The notes: a model not told the origin generated them from the letters alone. Shown: positions 36,049-46,919, numbered from the stretch's first letter. The stretch is 64,000 nucleotides of DNA from Candidatus Sumerlaeaceae bacterium (GCA_051003195.1 JBPCLP010000009.1:32001-96000); one strand, 5' to 3'. Numbers and translations: made by a program.

Positions 36049-37566
36049 TTACGGCCCGCTAAGGATCTGCTCTGGAGACTTGAGGCTCGTGTCGGTTCGA
36101 AGCGCGGTCCCTTCCGGATCCGCGATGACAATGGCCGGAACCTTAAACACAATGTATTTGTACATGTAAGACTTGTCCTCTTTGGAAACGTCGACGGCGG
36201 TCCAAACGTACTTGCTGGCCGCAGCTGCCACAGCCGGCGAACTCATCATGGCGTCCCACTGTCGTTTGCACGCCGGTGTCTCGGGCGAGTAGAAAAACAT
36301 CGCGACGTTTTTTCGCTGCGCCTTAGCATTCTGGAAGGCCTCGCCTAATTTGACCAGGGAAATGCCGTTCGGCGCTGTAAAAGCCGGCTGTCCGACGGCG
36401 CTTCCGGCCGAGGGAAGTATCAAACTCGATGCCTTTGGTTGCGTAATTTGAAATGCCTGAATGGCGTTGATGGCTATAGTGCCCTTCGCCTGGCCGGTTT
36501 CCTGCGCGCGTCCGCCGGTTACGAAAATCCAGCCCCGGCTCTTATCCAGTCCAAGCGAGGGATAGATTCGCACATCAAGGTCTGAGGAGAGTAGCTGCCA
36601 TGCTTGTGGGGTTCCGCTCTCCAGCCTCGAAAACATGATGTCGTTAGTTCCAACTCCACCGATATATCGGCCAGCCACTGCTACGAGGTGATCATTAAAC
36701 CCGCAGAATGCGGAACTGTAAATCGGCTTCGTCATCACCGGCAGTTCTGCCCAGTCGCCCAGCGTTCCATCTTCTTTTACCGGCGCCGCAAGCACGCGGT
36801 TACTTGCGGATGCAGGCGTCTTCGCTGTCAGCCCGCCCCATACAAACATCTTACCATTCAGGATCGCGCTGCCCTGGAACCACAGCGCGATCGGCATTTG
36901 GGAAACAGATCGCCAGTTAACAGGCGCGCCCTCCGGACTGAAGTCGCACGTAATCACATTCGAGCTGATTGCGCTGGTGCCATTGCCCCCGACCACGTAC
37001 AGATGCTTATCATCCGAGCAGGTGCCGATACACGAAAGGGGAGCAGCATCGAACGGATCGCTGCGCTTCCATTCCTGCAGTGCACCGGCGGAGTCCACCG
37101 TGGTCCACAGCACGTCGTTGGCGCGTACGAGCTTCGCTTCGGTTGACGTCGCGGATGGAACCGTTGCGCCACCTATGACGTAAATGCGATTGTTCACGAC
37201 CTCGACGGAAGTCCCGATTGAGCGACGGTATTCCGGTAAACTGGTTTCCGGCCGCCACGTACCGAGATTTCCGTCCTGCTGGATTTCCGCAGAGATCACG
37301 TCGTTTCGGAAGCCGGCATCGTTATTGCCGCCCATGATGTAGAGTCGCGTGCCGACAACGGCACAGCCGTGCATCTGGCGCGGATCAGGGAGCGGATTGC
37401 AGCGTTTGGTTTGAAAGAGTGGGGCCTGCGCGTTCGCGTCGGAAAAAGTGAGCCCGGTGAACCAGAGTACCGTAAGACCAAGTCTAAGTACGCGCGTGAT
37501 TGCCACTGTGGGTGTCCCTTCTGCTACCGTTATTGTTGTTACGGCGAACAAAGTTGGTTCACTCAA
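36049..37566 (-). CDS. Secreted Kelch-repeat protein with C-terminal thioredoxin-like domain
   Basis: Repeated LYIMGG/IYVIGG/LYVVGG/MFVWGG/IFVTGG with downstream W; C-terminal FFYSPETPAC..Y.VFKVPAIVIADPEG; true start may be later. Confidence 0.8.
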   Translation of the reverse strand: MSEPTLFAVTTITVAEGTPTVAITRVLRLGLTVLWFTGLTFSDANAQAPLFQTKRCNPLPDPRQMHGCAVVGTRLYIMGGNNDAGFRNDVISAEIQQDGNLGTWRPETSLPEYRRSIGTSVEVVNNRIYVIGGATVPSATSTEAKLVRANDVLWTTVDSAGALQEWKRSDPFDAAPLSCIGTCSDDKHLYVVGGNGTSAISSNVITCDFSPEGAPVNWRSVSQMPIALWFQGSAILNGKMFVWGGLTAKTPASASNRVLAAPVKEDGTLGDWAELPVMTKPIYSSAFCGFNDHLVAVAGRYIGGVGTNDIMFSRLESGTPQAWQLLSSDLDVRIYPSLGLDKSRGWIFVTGGRAQETGQAKGTIAINAIQAFQITQPKASSLILPSAGSAVGQPAFTAPNGISLVKLGEAFQNAKAQRKNVAMFFYSPETPACKRQWDAMMSSPAVAAAASKYVWTAVDVSKEDKSYMYKYIVFKVPAIVIADPEGTALRTDTSLKSPEQILSGP

Positions 37567-37612
37567 GACAATTTCGCGTACTGAAGTTCCTCATAAACTT
37601 CGGATGCAAACG

Positions 37613-38464
37613 TTACCGCTGGCGCGCGCGGGCTTCCAGCGCATCCGCGCAGGAGATCGGCACGTGCAGGTCTCCTTCACCGGTTCCCATGCTGATCTTC
37701 GGCTTATTACGACCATGGTAGTCACTGCCGCCGGTGGCCACGAGGTTATATTTCCGTGAGAGAGAGAGGTATTGTTGCGTTTCCTCAGCGGTATGCAGGC
37801 TATAATAGCATTCGATGCCACCAAGCCCGGCGTCCGTGAGCGAGCGCACAAGGTCGTCGAGTGTTTCGCCGTCCGGAAAGCGGACCAGTTTCGGATGTGC
37901 CAGCACGGCCACTCCGCCTGCTTCCCGAATCATTGCCACAGAATCCTCCGGCCCAAAACGAAGGCGATCCATATATGCCGCAGCGCCTTTTGCGAGATAC
38001 TTATCGAAGGCCTCCTGGCGTTGCTGAACATATCCCTTTCGAAGGAGCACCGCTGCAAAATGCGGGCGGCCGACAACCTTTCCGCCGGCCTCGGCGGTGA
38101 TTTCATTGTACGTGATATCCATTCCCAGCTCGTTCAGCTTCTTGACGATCTGAAGGTTGCGTTCGTCGCGGCCCTTCAGGATCTCGCCGAGCTTCTCGCG
38201 GAGTGTGTCGGCCCCTGCATCGAAACAGTAGCCCAGCATGTGGACAGTCTTGCCTGCGTACTCGACACTAATCTCGACGCCCGAAAGCACGCGGACGCCC
38301 AGTTCCGTGCCGGCGGCTTTGGCCTCTTCCACGGCGCTGAAGGTATCGTGGTCGGTGACGGCGATGGCGGCCAGCCCCCGCTGGCTTGCGATTTCCACCA
38401 GTGCACGCGGCGTGTCGGTGCCATCAGAGTGAGTACTGTGCATGTGCAAATCACAGAGGGTCAT
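37613..38464 (-). CDS. PHP-domain metal-dependent phosphoesterase (YciV/TrpH-like)
   Basis: DLHMHSTHSDG, AVTDHD, GVEIS, VHMLGY, GRPH, LAHP, TGGSDYHG. Confidence 0.93.
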   Translation of the reverse strand: MTLCDLHMHSTHSDGTDTPRALVEIASQRGLAAIAVTDHDTFSAVEEAKAAGTELGVRVLSGVEISVEYAGKTVHMLGYCFDAGADTLREKLGEILKGRDERNLQIVKKLNELGMDITYNEITAEAGGKVVGRPHFAAVLLRKGYVQQRQEAFDKYLAKGAAAYMDRLRFGPEDSVAMIREAGGVAVLAHPKLVRFPDGETLDDLVRSLTDAGLGGIECYYSLHTAEETQQYLSLSRKYNLVATGGSDYHGRNKPKISMGTGEGDLHVPISCADALEARARQR

Positions 38465-38497
38465 CGTTTCAACCTGGGGATTAAAATACGGGCGCAG

Positions 38498-39244
38498 CTA
38501 TTTCGAGCTGCGGCGGATGGTGGACGTCGTCGTAGTCGAATCGTAGCTTTCGAGCACTTCCTCGTCGGAGTCACGGCGGCTGGAACCGGACACAGGCGTT
38601 GGTTTCGGAAAACGTGGCTCGAGAATCTCCGGTTCATATTTGCCGGCACCGCGGCGCTGTTCATAACGCCGCCGGTTGGCTGTATCGATAGGCCGTTCGG
38701 GAGCAGGGCGGTTATTGATTACAGCCAACACAATATTACGTGCAGCCTGGCGGAGCAGCCGGTCGCGTGCTTCGGTTTGCGTTTCGGAAATCGAGCGCCG
38801 CGGATCCGACACATACTGGACAACAGTCGGGACGCTATAACGGGCAAGTGGCACGAGCCGGTCGGAATCATAGGGGTCCCACAACTCAAGCGTACAGACA
38901 ATCTGCACGGTGCTGATAAGAGGAAACTGGTCATTGCCGAAGCCACTCGATTTTTCGGTGACGTTGGTAATTTTGCCTTCGAGGCGCACATCCGCGCGCT
39001 CGCTCTGCACGACGTCGAGTCGTCCATCCAGCATGAACTCGTCATTCACATAGAGCGTGAGGTCAGCCTGGGCTCCGAACCAGCGGGAGTTGTTCTTAAA
39101 CTCGCGGATATAGATTCGCTTGATGTGCGTGGGCAAACGCTGTGCAGGGGGAATGACCGCCATACTGCTCATACAGACGAGCATGAGCACCCCGAGCGTG
39201 ACGAGCCGAGCAATTGAGCGCTGCTGTTGCCAAATCATGAGCAA
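38498..39244 (-). CDS. LptE-like LPS-assembly protein
   Basis: LPTHIKRIYIREFKN..LT..V.DEF..DGRL.VV..ADVRLEGKI..EARDRLLRQAARNIV; follows lolA-like gene; no clear lipobox. Confidence 0.65.
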   Translation of the reverse strand: MLMIWQQQRSIARLVTLGVLMLVCMSSMAVIPPAQRLPTHIKRIYIREFKNNSRWFGAQADLTLYVNDEFMLDGRLDVVQSERADVRLEGKITNVTEKSSGFGNDQFPLISTVQIVCTLELWDPYDSDRLVPLARYSVPTVVQYVSDPRRSISETQTEARDRLLRQAARNIVLAVINNRPAPERPIDTANRRRYEQRRGAGKYEPEILEPRFPKPTPVSGSSRRDSDEEVLESYDSTTTTSTIRRSSK

Positions 39245-39262
39245 TGGAAGGACCTTTTGATG

Positions 39263-40000
39263 CTACTGCATGTCAACTTCGTTAGTACCCGAGGGCCAGT
39301 TTGGCTGGAAGTCCCTGGGAGACAATGGGGCGCCGATCTGTAATCCGGCAGTGTCGATGTTAACGAAAAGCTTGCTGCCTTCGGTCTGCTCCATGCTGAA
39401 ACGCTTCGGCAGCAGAGAGTCGGTGAGTTCCATAAGGATGTACTTAAACTGCGCGTCCCGGGTGTTACGCGGGATGAGCTTAATCGAGTTTTTAGCATCG
39501 CCGCGCTGAACCGTGTAGACGGCAAGCAGTTCCTGGGTGGGTGCGCCGAAACCCAAAAGCAGGTAATTGAGGTCGCGTACCGTTGCGCGCTTTTTAAATG
39601 TGTATTTCTGTACCTGCTTCTGGTCGGGGACGTAGTAGTAGCTGGTCTGGCCGTTGATGAGATTCATCGACTGCTTGGGTGACAGGTACTCTACTTTGAA
39701 GTTGTTTGGCTTAAGCAGTGCAAAACGTGCAGTCGAATCCTTCTTGTCCGCACCGAAACTGGAGTCGATCCTTTGCTGGGTGAATGAGCCCACCACGCTG
39801 CGAACGCCGCCATGCTGGCTTTCGATCTGCTGCAGAAGCGCCACGGCGGCTGGATCATTGGCGATCTCCGCGGCTGGTGCCTTTGACACTTCCTTCTGTG
39901 CGGTGACAGCAGCGCCGACCTTTTTTTCTGCCGACGCGGCTATGGCTAAAGCTGGTACTATCAACGCGGTGCAGCTAAAAACAATCCTGATAAAACGCAT
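39263..40000 (-). CDS. lolA: Outer-membrane lipoprotein carrier LolA-like protein
   Basis: Signal peptide; SFTQ..KPNNFKVEYLSP..INGQTSYYYVPDQKQV pattern. Confidence 0.75.
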   Translation of the reverse strand: MRFIRIVFSCTALIVPALAIAASAEKKVGAAVTAQKEVSKAPAAEIANDPAAVALLQQIESQHGGVRSVVGSFTQQRIDSSFGADKKDSTARFALLKPNNFKVEYLSPKQSMNLINGQTSYYYVPDQKQVQKYTFKKRATVRDLNYLLLGFGAPTQELLAVYTVQRGDAKNSIKLIPRNTRDAQFKYILMELTDSLLPKRFSMEQTEGSKLFVNIDTAGLQIGAPLSPRDFQPNWPSGTNEVDMQ

Positions 40001-40214
40001 TATTACCCTCAACAGCAGATTCGCATATCCTCTTCAGGACAGGCGCTGAACATGTAAGCGTCCGGCTATGGTTTGCCGGGTTCAATGGCAAAGTGATACA
40101 GCAGTCTGCCGATTTTCGTCCTTGCCATTTAGGAATGGCTCATTATAACGGTCTATTACCGTTCCACCTGCATAGGTGCGGCGTTACATTGACGAACTGG
40201 AGGTATGACACGAC

Positions 40215-40586
40215 GTGCGAATTCTGATCCTGGACGACAATGCGGACGCTCTGCTTGTGCTTGAGAACTTTCTTAAGGCACTGGGTCATGACGTGAGCGG
40301 TTATACGGACGGCACCGAAGCGCTTCTGTGGCTGGGAGATGTGAAGCCGGAAATGATTATTGCGGACCTGGAAATGCCCAACATGGACGGCTTTTCGTTC
40401 GTGCAGAACGTGCGTGCACGGGCACGTTACTCATCGCTACCCATTGTCTGCATCACGGGCACAGATGCAACGGATGCGCAGATCGAGGCGGGCGGTTTTG
40501 CGGCAGTGCTTCGCAAACCGACGACGCTGGCGGACGTCATGAATGCAATCGAAGACGTTACTGCGACGCTTCAGCCCACTCCATAA
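40215..40586 (+). CDS. Stand-alone response regulator receiver protein
   Basis: ILILDDN, IADLEMPNMDG, CITG, LRKP. Confidence 0.88.
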   Translation: MRILILDDNADALLVLENFLKALGHDVSGYTDGTEALLWLGDVKPEMIIADLEMPNMDGFSFVQNVRARARYSSLPIVCITGTDATDAQIEAGGFAAVLRKPTTLADVMNAIEDVTATLQPTP

Positions 40587-40593
40587 AAAGCGC

Positions 40594-41409
40594 TTAACTT
40601 GCGAGTTCGCGGCTTCGCCGCGTTGCAGCCTCCACACAATCCTGAATAAGCTGCGAGAAATCCCCTTCTTCGAGAACCTTTAATCCTGCTTCCGTAGTGC
40701 CACCCCTGGTGGTCACGTTCTGACGCAGCTCGGGCAGTGGTTTGCCGCTCTCGATGGCCATGCGCACCGAGCCGAGAACCATCTGCGGCACGAGGCTTTT
40801 GGCTTCTGCCTCGGAAAGCCCAAGGTCTGTAGCGGCTTCGAGTAGCGCTTCCATAAAACGAAAGACGTATGCAGGTCCACTTCCAGTCAGCCCGGTTACA
40901 AGGTCCAGTTTTTCTTCCTGAACGACAACAGAAGTTCCCACTGAATCGAAGATAGCTTTCACGATTTCCAGATCTGCCGGATCTGCGTGTTGGCCAGGAC
41001 TGATTGCAGCTGAACCGCAACCTATAAGCGCAGGTGTGTTGGGCATAACGCGCACGACCCTGGCACCCGGATTAAGAGCCTGCTCAATTTTGCCAGTGCG
41101 AACTCCCGCACATATGGAGACGAACAACTGGCCGGGCCGGATGTGCTCCCGAATCTCAGCGCAGACTTCCGCAACCTGGTAGGGCTTGGTCGCGAAAATG
41201 ATAACATCGGCTGCGGACACCACTTCGACGTTACTGGCGGCCGCCCTGGCTCCCGTCTGTGACACCAGGTCATCTACCTGCGTCGGCAGTGCATCGGAAG
41301 CGATGGCTTGCTGCGGCTGTATAAGGCCCGATGCAATAGTGCCTTTAAGAATGGCGCGCGCCATATTGCCCGCGCCAATGAATCCAAGTTTCTGATCCAG
41401 TTTGTTCAA
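40594..41409 (-). CDS. proC: Pyrroline-5-carboxylate reductase
   Basis: GFIGAGNMA, VRVMPNTP, GSGPAY, VTTRGGTT. Confidence 0.95.
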   Translation of the reverse strand: MNKLDQKLGFIGAGNMARAILKGTIASGLIQPQQAIASDALPTQVDDLVSQTGARAAASNVEVVSAADVIIFATKPYQVAEVCAEIREHIRPGQLFVSICAGVRTGKIEQALNPGARVVRVMPNTPALIGCGSAAISPGQHADPADLEIVKAIFDSVGTSVVVQEEKLDLVTGLTGSGPAYVFRFMEALLEAATDLGLSEAEAKSLVPQMVLGSVRMAIESGKPLPELRQNVTTRGGTTEAGLKVLEEGDFSQLIQDCVEAATRRSRELAS

Positions 41410-41424
41410 ACGTCTTCCTACCGA

Positions 41425-42288
41425 TCAATGGCCAAAGAATACATCAATTTGCGCCGCACCCTTGCCGGACTCTTTCACCCGGTACATCAGTTCGTCGGCA
41501 CGATGAATCATTGCTTCGAGGTTTTCGGGCACGGCCGCAAATACAGCGACACCCAGGCTACAGGTTAATGCATAGCCATTGTCGTCTAATGCTTCCGAAA
41601 GAGCTTTGTGCAGCTTTTCTGCTACGGCGCGTGCCTGCGACTCACCGCTGTCCGGTAACATCGCGGCGAATTCATCGCCGCCGAAACGGGCGAGAATGTC
41701 AGTGCTTCGCAGACTCGCCTTCATGGATTCCGCGATCTTCTGCAGCACGCGGTCTCCCTCGCGGTGTCCCCGTGTATCGTTCACCTGCTTGAAGTCGTCG
41801 CAGTCGACATACAGAATCGCCGTGGGAGTGCCATTTCTGCGACAACGCTCCAGTTCAACTTCGGCACGTTCTTCGAACGCGCGCCTGTTCAATAGCCCCG
41901 TCAGAAAATCCTGACGCGCCGCTTCCTTCTCGGCTCGCATGGTATGCTTGAGCCGCGTGATGAGCCACACGATGATTGCGAACGTGCCGACCCGAACCAG
42001 AGTGTTCCAGATGCGAATAAGCGATGCGAACTCGTGCGGGGCGAGTACAAAACGTTCTGCTACTGCGGCCGCGAGTCCGAACATCAGTCCGTACGCTGGG
42101 CCAAGAGTGAAACCCGCCACCAAAACGGGCAGGACATAGAAGAATGAAAGCGACAGCTCCGGACCCGTTACCGCATCGGTGTATGCTGTGAGCAGTAGCA
42201 GGAAGGCGGCGATGGCAAATTGCACGAGCTTGTCCTGGCGATTGATCGACCGCATCGCTGCCAACAGGATTTGATTCAGGAACGACAT
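41425..42288 (-). CDS. Membrane-bound diguanylate cyclase
   Basis: N-terminal TM helices; DFLTGLLNRRAF, DCDDFKQVND, ARFGGDEF. Confidence 0.93.
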   Translation of the reverse strand: MSFLNQILLAAMRSINRQDKLVQFAIAAFLLLLTAYTDAVTGPELSLSFFYVLPVLVAGFTLGPAYGLMFGLAAAVAERFVLAPHEFASLIRIWNTLVRVGTFAIIVWLITRLKHTMRAEKEAARQDFLTGLLNRRAFEERAEVELERCRRNGTPTAILYVDCDDFKQVNDTRGHREGDRVLQKIAESMKASLRSTDILARFGGDEFAAMLPDSGESQARAVAEKLHKALSEALDDNGYALTCSLGVAVFAAVPENLEAMIHRADELMYRVKESGKGAAQIDVFFGH

Positions 42289-42389
42289 GACTGCATGCGA
42301 TTGCCACGGTTGCGGCGAGTGACAAGCAATAAGTAATCATGTTTGCATCATGTGAAATGTTCTGGATTACTGCATTGTGAGAAGCGGAC

Positions 42390-43577
42390 GTGAGGAATAT
42401 GCGAAGCTCATCATTACGAAATAAACGGCGTGCGAAGCGCCGGCGGGTTTTCAGAAATCGGCCCTCGGCGGATATGGATCATCGCAAATTACTCGCGACC
42501 GCGGACGCGTACCCGACAAGTATTCGCGTGCTGGCGTATGGACCAGATGGTTTTGAGGAACACCAGGACTGCTCGCTGGAGCAGGCCTGTAAGCTGCATG
42601 GAGAGTTTCCGGTCGTGTGGATCGACGTGACCGGGTTAGCCAACATACCGCTCCTGGAACTTATCGGCGCAAGGTTTCAGCTCCATTCGCTGACGCTGGA
42701 AGACATTGTTCGCACACACCAGCGCGCTAAGCTGGAGGAGTTCAAAGATTACCTGTTCCTGGTGGCGCGCATGGCACCGCTGCCGGAGGAGGAAAACACC
42801 GATCAATTGAGCCTGTTTCTCGGCAAGGGTTTTGTTCTAAGCTTCCAGGAGCGTCCCGGCGATTCGCTGGACAGCGTCCGCGCACGAATACGGACAGCGC
42901 GCGGCAAGCTTCGGGAATCCGGCCCAGATTATTTAACGTATGCCATCCTGGACGCGACCATCGATGCTTTCTTCCCCCTCCTCGAGGACAGTGGGGAGCA
43001 GCTTGAGGACCTGGAAGACGACATTGTGGGGCGACCGCGCGCGGAAGTACTCACCAGCATTTATAATATCCGCCGAAAAATGCTGATGCTGAGGCGTGCG
43101 CTGTGGCCGCTGCGAGAAGTTACCGCGGCCCTGATTCGCGAGGATTCCACCCAGATTACCGCTGAGACTCGGATTTTTCTTCGAGACTGTTACGATCATA
43201 CGATTCAGATTATTGACCTGCTGGAGACATACCGCGAACTCTCGTCCGGGCTGATGGACGTATATCTGTCCAGCATGAGCAATCGCTTGAATGAGATTAT
43301 GAAGGTGCTGACCATGATCTCCGTGGTGTTCATCCCGCTCACGTTCCTGGCGGGCGTTTATGGCATGAATTTTAACACGGATGTCTCAAAATGGAACATG
43401 CCGGAACTCAACGCCCCGTACGGTTACGTGATCTGCTGGGCGGTCATGCTGCTGGTTGCCGCGGCAGAGATTTATTATTTCTGGCGCCAGGGCTGGCTGC
43501 AGAGCCTGTCGACACCTATGGAGACGAAGAAGCGGGAGAGCGGGGAAGCTGACGAGCGACCCGGCGTGGGCAAGTAG
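42390..43577 (+). CDS. corA: Magnesium/cobalt transporter CorA
   Basis: WIDVTGL, LHSLTLEDI, NEIMKVLT, GVYGMNF, MPEL. Confidence 0.95.
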   Translation: MRNMRSSSLRNKRRAKRRRVFRNRPSADMDHRKLLATADAYPTSIRVLAYGPDGFEEHQDCSLEQACKLHGEFPVVWIDVTGLANIPLLELIGARFQLHSLTLEDIVRTHQRAKLEEFKDYLFLVARMAPLPEEENTDQLSLFLGKGFVLSFQERPGDSLDSVRARIRTARGKLRESGPDYLTYAILDATIDAFFPLLEDSGEQLEDLEDDIVGRPRAEVLTSIYNIRRKMLMLRRALWPLREVTAALIREDSTQITAETRIFLRDCYDHTIQIIDLLETYRELSSGLMDVYLSSMSNRLNEIMKVLTMISVVFIPLTFLAGVYGMNFNTDVSKWNMPELNAPYGYVICWAVMLLVAAAEIYYFWRQGWLQSLSTPMETKKRESGEADERPGVGK

Positions 43578-43614
43578 GGCGCAACTAATGCAATCACTAC
43601 GTGACTGGCCGCTG

Positions 43615-45648
43615 CTACAGCTTGCGTTTAAATTGCCGGTCGAGCTGGTCCCGGGTCAGAAGTATCATTGTCGGCCGACCATGAGGGCATGTGAACCCGA
43701 GCCGTGCGTCTGAAATGTTTCGGATGAGTGCGCGCATTTCTTCCGCGTGCATGTTCTGTCCAGCTTTGATTGCCGCCCGGCACGCCATTCGTGTAATAAT
43801 ACGATCTCGGAGCACATCGATCTGTTCAATCTTTCCCAATGATTCAAAATCGTCCAGAAGATCCGCCACCACAGCGGCTGCGTCGAGGTTTGGCAGATCG
43901 GCGGGGATCGATTGCACCAGGTAGGTCTGCCCACCAAAGGGCTCAATGCGAAGCCCCAACTGCGTGAAGAGTGGGCCGAGACGTTCCATGTATGCGACGG
44001 CCGATGCCGGAACATCGATCGAGACCGGAATGAACAGTGGCTGGGACGGCAGTTCGCGCGGTGCGGCACTGAACTTGAGATACAGCAGCCGCTCATGCGC
44101 AGCATGCTGGTCGACAAGCAAAAGATCATTTCCAAGCTGCGCGACGATATAACATCGCGCAATTTGCCCGAGCGGCTCTGCATAAGCGCCATTTCGCATA
44201 AGCGGCGAAGTTGCGTCCTCTGTCTGAACGGCATCCCCAGGGTGGCGAATGGAACTTGTAAGGGGGCGAACCGAACAATCAGCGCCTTCCTCGTCTTCAG
44301 GTAGACCGTGGGTGGTGGTCGCGCCAGACGAATGGACCGGCTGCAACGCTACCGCAGCGAGTTCCTGGTCGGCTGCAAAGACTTCAGCCGCCTGCTTCTG
44401 CAACTGCGTTGCCGGTGGCACAAAGTGGGTCTGCACTCCCCCGGTGAACATAGAAAAATCAACCGGGCTCTGAACAGCGGTGAACGTTTGTTGCGAGTGA
44501 CTACCCGGCTGAAAGGTTGTGGTAAAGTTTTGCCGCGGTGAAATCGAAGTTTCCGTCATTGCTGCCAAAACGGACGAAGATTCAGGCATACCGAATGTTA
44601 CAACCGGCAAGAGATTGGCGGCCTGCAGGCGTGCGTGGACAGAGCGGTGAAGCACGCCGTTGACCAGCGATTCGTTGCGGAAGCGCACCTCTTCTTTCGT
44701 AGGATGCACGTTCACGTCTACTTCACCCGCAGGCATTTCAATATCGAGCACCGCGATGGGGAACCGCTGGACCATGATGATGCCTTTGTATGCCTCGTGC
44801 AGTACGAAAGACATCGAGCGACTGGTTACGGGCCGCCCATTAACAAAGAAAAACTGGTGGCGCCTGTCCTTCCGTGTAATGGCAGGACGCATCACATATC
44901 CACGGATGCGAATGCCGTGGCGCACTTCATCTACGGCGAGCAGGTTTTCGCGAATTCCAGTTCCAAGCAGTTCGGCGATGCGGTCGCCCCATGGCTGGGC
45001 GGACGGAACGTTGACCAGCGTCGTACCCTCTTTGACAACCGTGAACCCGAGATCGGGGCGAATCAGCGCCTGCCGCATGATGGTCATCAGAATCTGCTGC
45101 AGCTCGCTGCCGGGCGATTTGAGAAATTTCAATCGCGCGGGGGTGTTGAAGAAGAGTTCACGCACACGAACCTCGGTTCCTTCCGGTGCCCCGGCCGGTT
45201 CAATGCGCGGTTCGCCGCTTCCTTCCGCGGAGACCAGTGTTCCGGCAATATCCTGTGGGCGTCGCGTCAAAATATGCGTACGCGAAACAGAGGCAATAGA
45301 TGCCAGCGCCTCACCCCGAAAACCGCGGGTGGAGAGATCATAGAGGTCGTCGAACCCGGAAATTTTACTGGTGGCATGTCGCACCAGTGCGAGTCGCGCA
45401 TCGGCGCGATCCATGCCCTTTCCGTTATCGCGGATGGTCGTGTCGCGACAGCCATTCGCCACGTCCACGCGTATTTCGGTCGCACCAGCATCTATGGAAT
45501 TCTCGACAAGTTCTTTCACGACACTGGCGGGCCGGACAATGACCTCGCCAGCCGCAATGCGGTTTACAAGCGACTCAGGCAGCACGCGGATCATTGCAGT
45601 GCCTTGTTTCGCCCGCTGGAAATGTTTCTCCTGAAACGGCGTTGGCAC
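43615..45648 (-). CDS. mutL: DNA mismatch repair protein MutL
   Basis: NRIAAGEVI.RPASVVKELVENSIDAG, GFRGEALASI, VDVNVHPTKEEV, DQHAAHER, CPHGRP. Confidence 0.97.
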   Translation of the reverse strand: MPTPFQEKHFQRAKQGTAMIRVLPESLVNRIAAGEVIVRPASVVKELVENSIDAGATEIRVDVANGCRDTTIRDNGKGMDRADARLALVRHATSKISGFDDLYDLSTRGFRGEALASIASVSRTHILTRRPQDIAGTLVSAEGSGEPRIEPAGAPEGTEVRVRELFFNTPARLKFLKSPGSELQQILMTIMRQALIRPDLGFTVVKEGTTLVNVPSAQPWGDRIAELLGTGIRENLLAVDEVRHGIRIRGYVMRPAITRKDRRHQFFFVNGRPVTSRSMSFVLHEAYKGIIMVQRFPIAVLDIEMPAGEVDVNVHPTKEEVRFRNESLVNGVLHRSVHARLQAANLLPVVTFGMPESSSVLAAMTETSISPRQNFTTTFQPGSHSQQTFTAVQSPVDFSMFTGGVQTHFVPPATQLQKQAAEVFAADQELAAVALQPVHSSGATTTHGLPEDEEGADCSVRPLTSSIRHPGDAVQTEDATSPLMRNGAYAEPLGQIARCYIVAQLGNDLLLVDQHAAHERLLYLKFSAAPRELPSQPLFIPVSIDVPASAVAYMERLGPLFTQLGLRIEPFGGQTYLVQSIPADLPNLDAAAVVADLLDDFESLGKIEQIDVLRDRIITRMACRAAIKAGQNMHAEEMRALIRNISDARLGFTCPHGRPTMILLTRDQLDRQFKRKL

Positions 45649-45660
45649 TGCGTTATGCTG

Positions 45661-46812
45661 CTACACATCATTGAGCGCCAGGTTGTCGCGGTGGATCGCT
45701 TCGTCGTAGGGCTTCGAACCGAGGATGCTCTCGATGTCGGCCGTCTTCCGGCCCTTGATGCGCTGCAGCTCCTGAGAGCTGTAGTTAATCACTCCGCGTC
45801 CAAGAATGTTTCCGCGCGCGTCCACGATGTCGACGAGGTCCTGGGGCTGAAACTCGCCTTCAATTGAATGCACGCCTGCCGGCAGCAGCGATTTCTTTTT
45901 GGCTACTAACGCTTCGCGGGCACCCTCGTCCACAATCACGCGTCGTCCGGCAGTCTTGCCGGCAAGTATCCACTGACGTCGCCTGGTATGGCGACAGGGT
46001 TCGGCGGTGAAAAAAGTTCCGTGGAACTGTCCCGAAAGAATTTCGTGCAGCACACGTTGGCGCTTCCCGTGCGCAATGGCAACGCAAACACCCGCTGTAG
46101 TCGCGACCTGCGCGGCCTGCACTTTGCTGGTCATGCCACCACTACCGAGTTGGGCTGCTCCTTTTACATGGCCATCCTCGGCGGCATCCAGCATGGCCGG
46201 CGTGATCCGGTCGATGTGTTCCAGCAGTCGCGCGTTCTTATTCAACTTCGGGTTTGAGTCGTACAGCCCGTCGACGTCGGAAAGCAGCAGCAGAGCGTCT
46301 GCCTGCATCTTCACGGCGACAATCGCAGCAAGCCCGTCGTTGTCGCCGAAGCGCAACTCGTCGACAGTCACAGTATCATTTTCATTGATGATTGGAACAC
46401 ACTCGCGGCGCAGCAGTTCCTCGAGCGTGTACCGCGCGTTGACGTAGCGTCGGCGGTCTTCCATGTCGCTGCGCGAAAGTAGCATCTGTCCAACAATAAC
46501 CCCGTGTCTGGCGAAAAGCTCAGTGTATATCTGCATCAGGCGCGTCTGTCCAACCGCGGCAAGCGCCTGTTTCACGGCAATGGTGGGCTTGCGATCTTTC
46601 ACCCCAAGCGCGCTGCGTCCCGCGGCTACCGCTGCAGATGTCACAAGCACAACTTTGCGCCCGCGCTTGAGCAGCTCAGCGATCTCTTCGCAGATCTGCG
46701 TCATCACGGAAATGTCCAGTTCCCCTCCGCCGGTCGTCAGCACGGCGGAGCCCAGCTTGAGCACGATCAGTCGCGCACTTTCAAAAGGCGAAGGATGTAA
46801 TTGGGGGCTCAT
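45661..46812 (-). CDS. proB: Glutamate 5-kinase with PUA domain
   Basis: VLKLGSAVLT, AAVGQ, PIINENDTV, FGDNDGL, GSGGMTSK, IHRDNL. Confidence 0.96.
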   Translation of the reverse strand: MSPQLHPSPFESARLIVLKLGSAVLTTGGGELDISVMTQICEEIAELLKRGRKVVLVTSAAVAAGRSALGVKDRKPTIAVKQALAAVGQTRLMQIYTELFARHGVIVGQMLLSRSDMEDRRRYVNARYTLEELLRRECVPIINENDTVTVDELRFGDNDGLAAIVAVKMQADALLLLSDVDGLYDSNPKLNKNARLLEHIDRITPAMLDAAEDGHVKGAAQLGSGGMTSKVQAAQVATTAGVCVAIAHGKRQRVLHEILSGQFHGTFFTAEPCRHTRRRQWILAGKTAGRRVIVDEGAREALVAKKKSLLPAGVHSIEGEFQPQDLVDIVDARGNILGRGVINYSSQELQRIKGRKTADIESILGSKPYDEAIHRDNLALNDV

Positions 46813-46919
46813 TTGCAGTAGCGTCCGATTTAGAGCACGCGGCGTAAACGAAAATTCGCAGCCGGCGGCGCTTTTCCTTCTGGCAAGCTGGCGCAGGACG
46901 GAACAGAACCGTCGGATTC

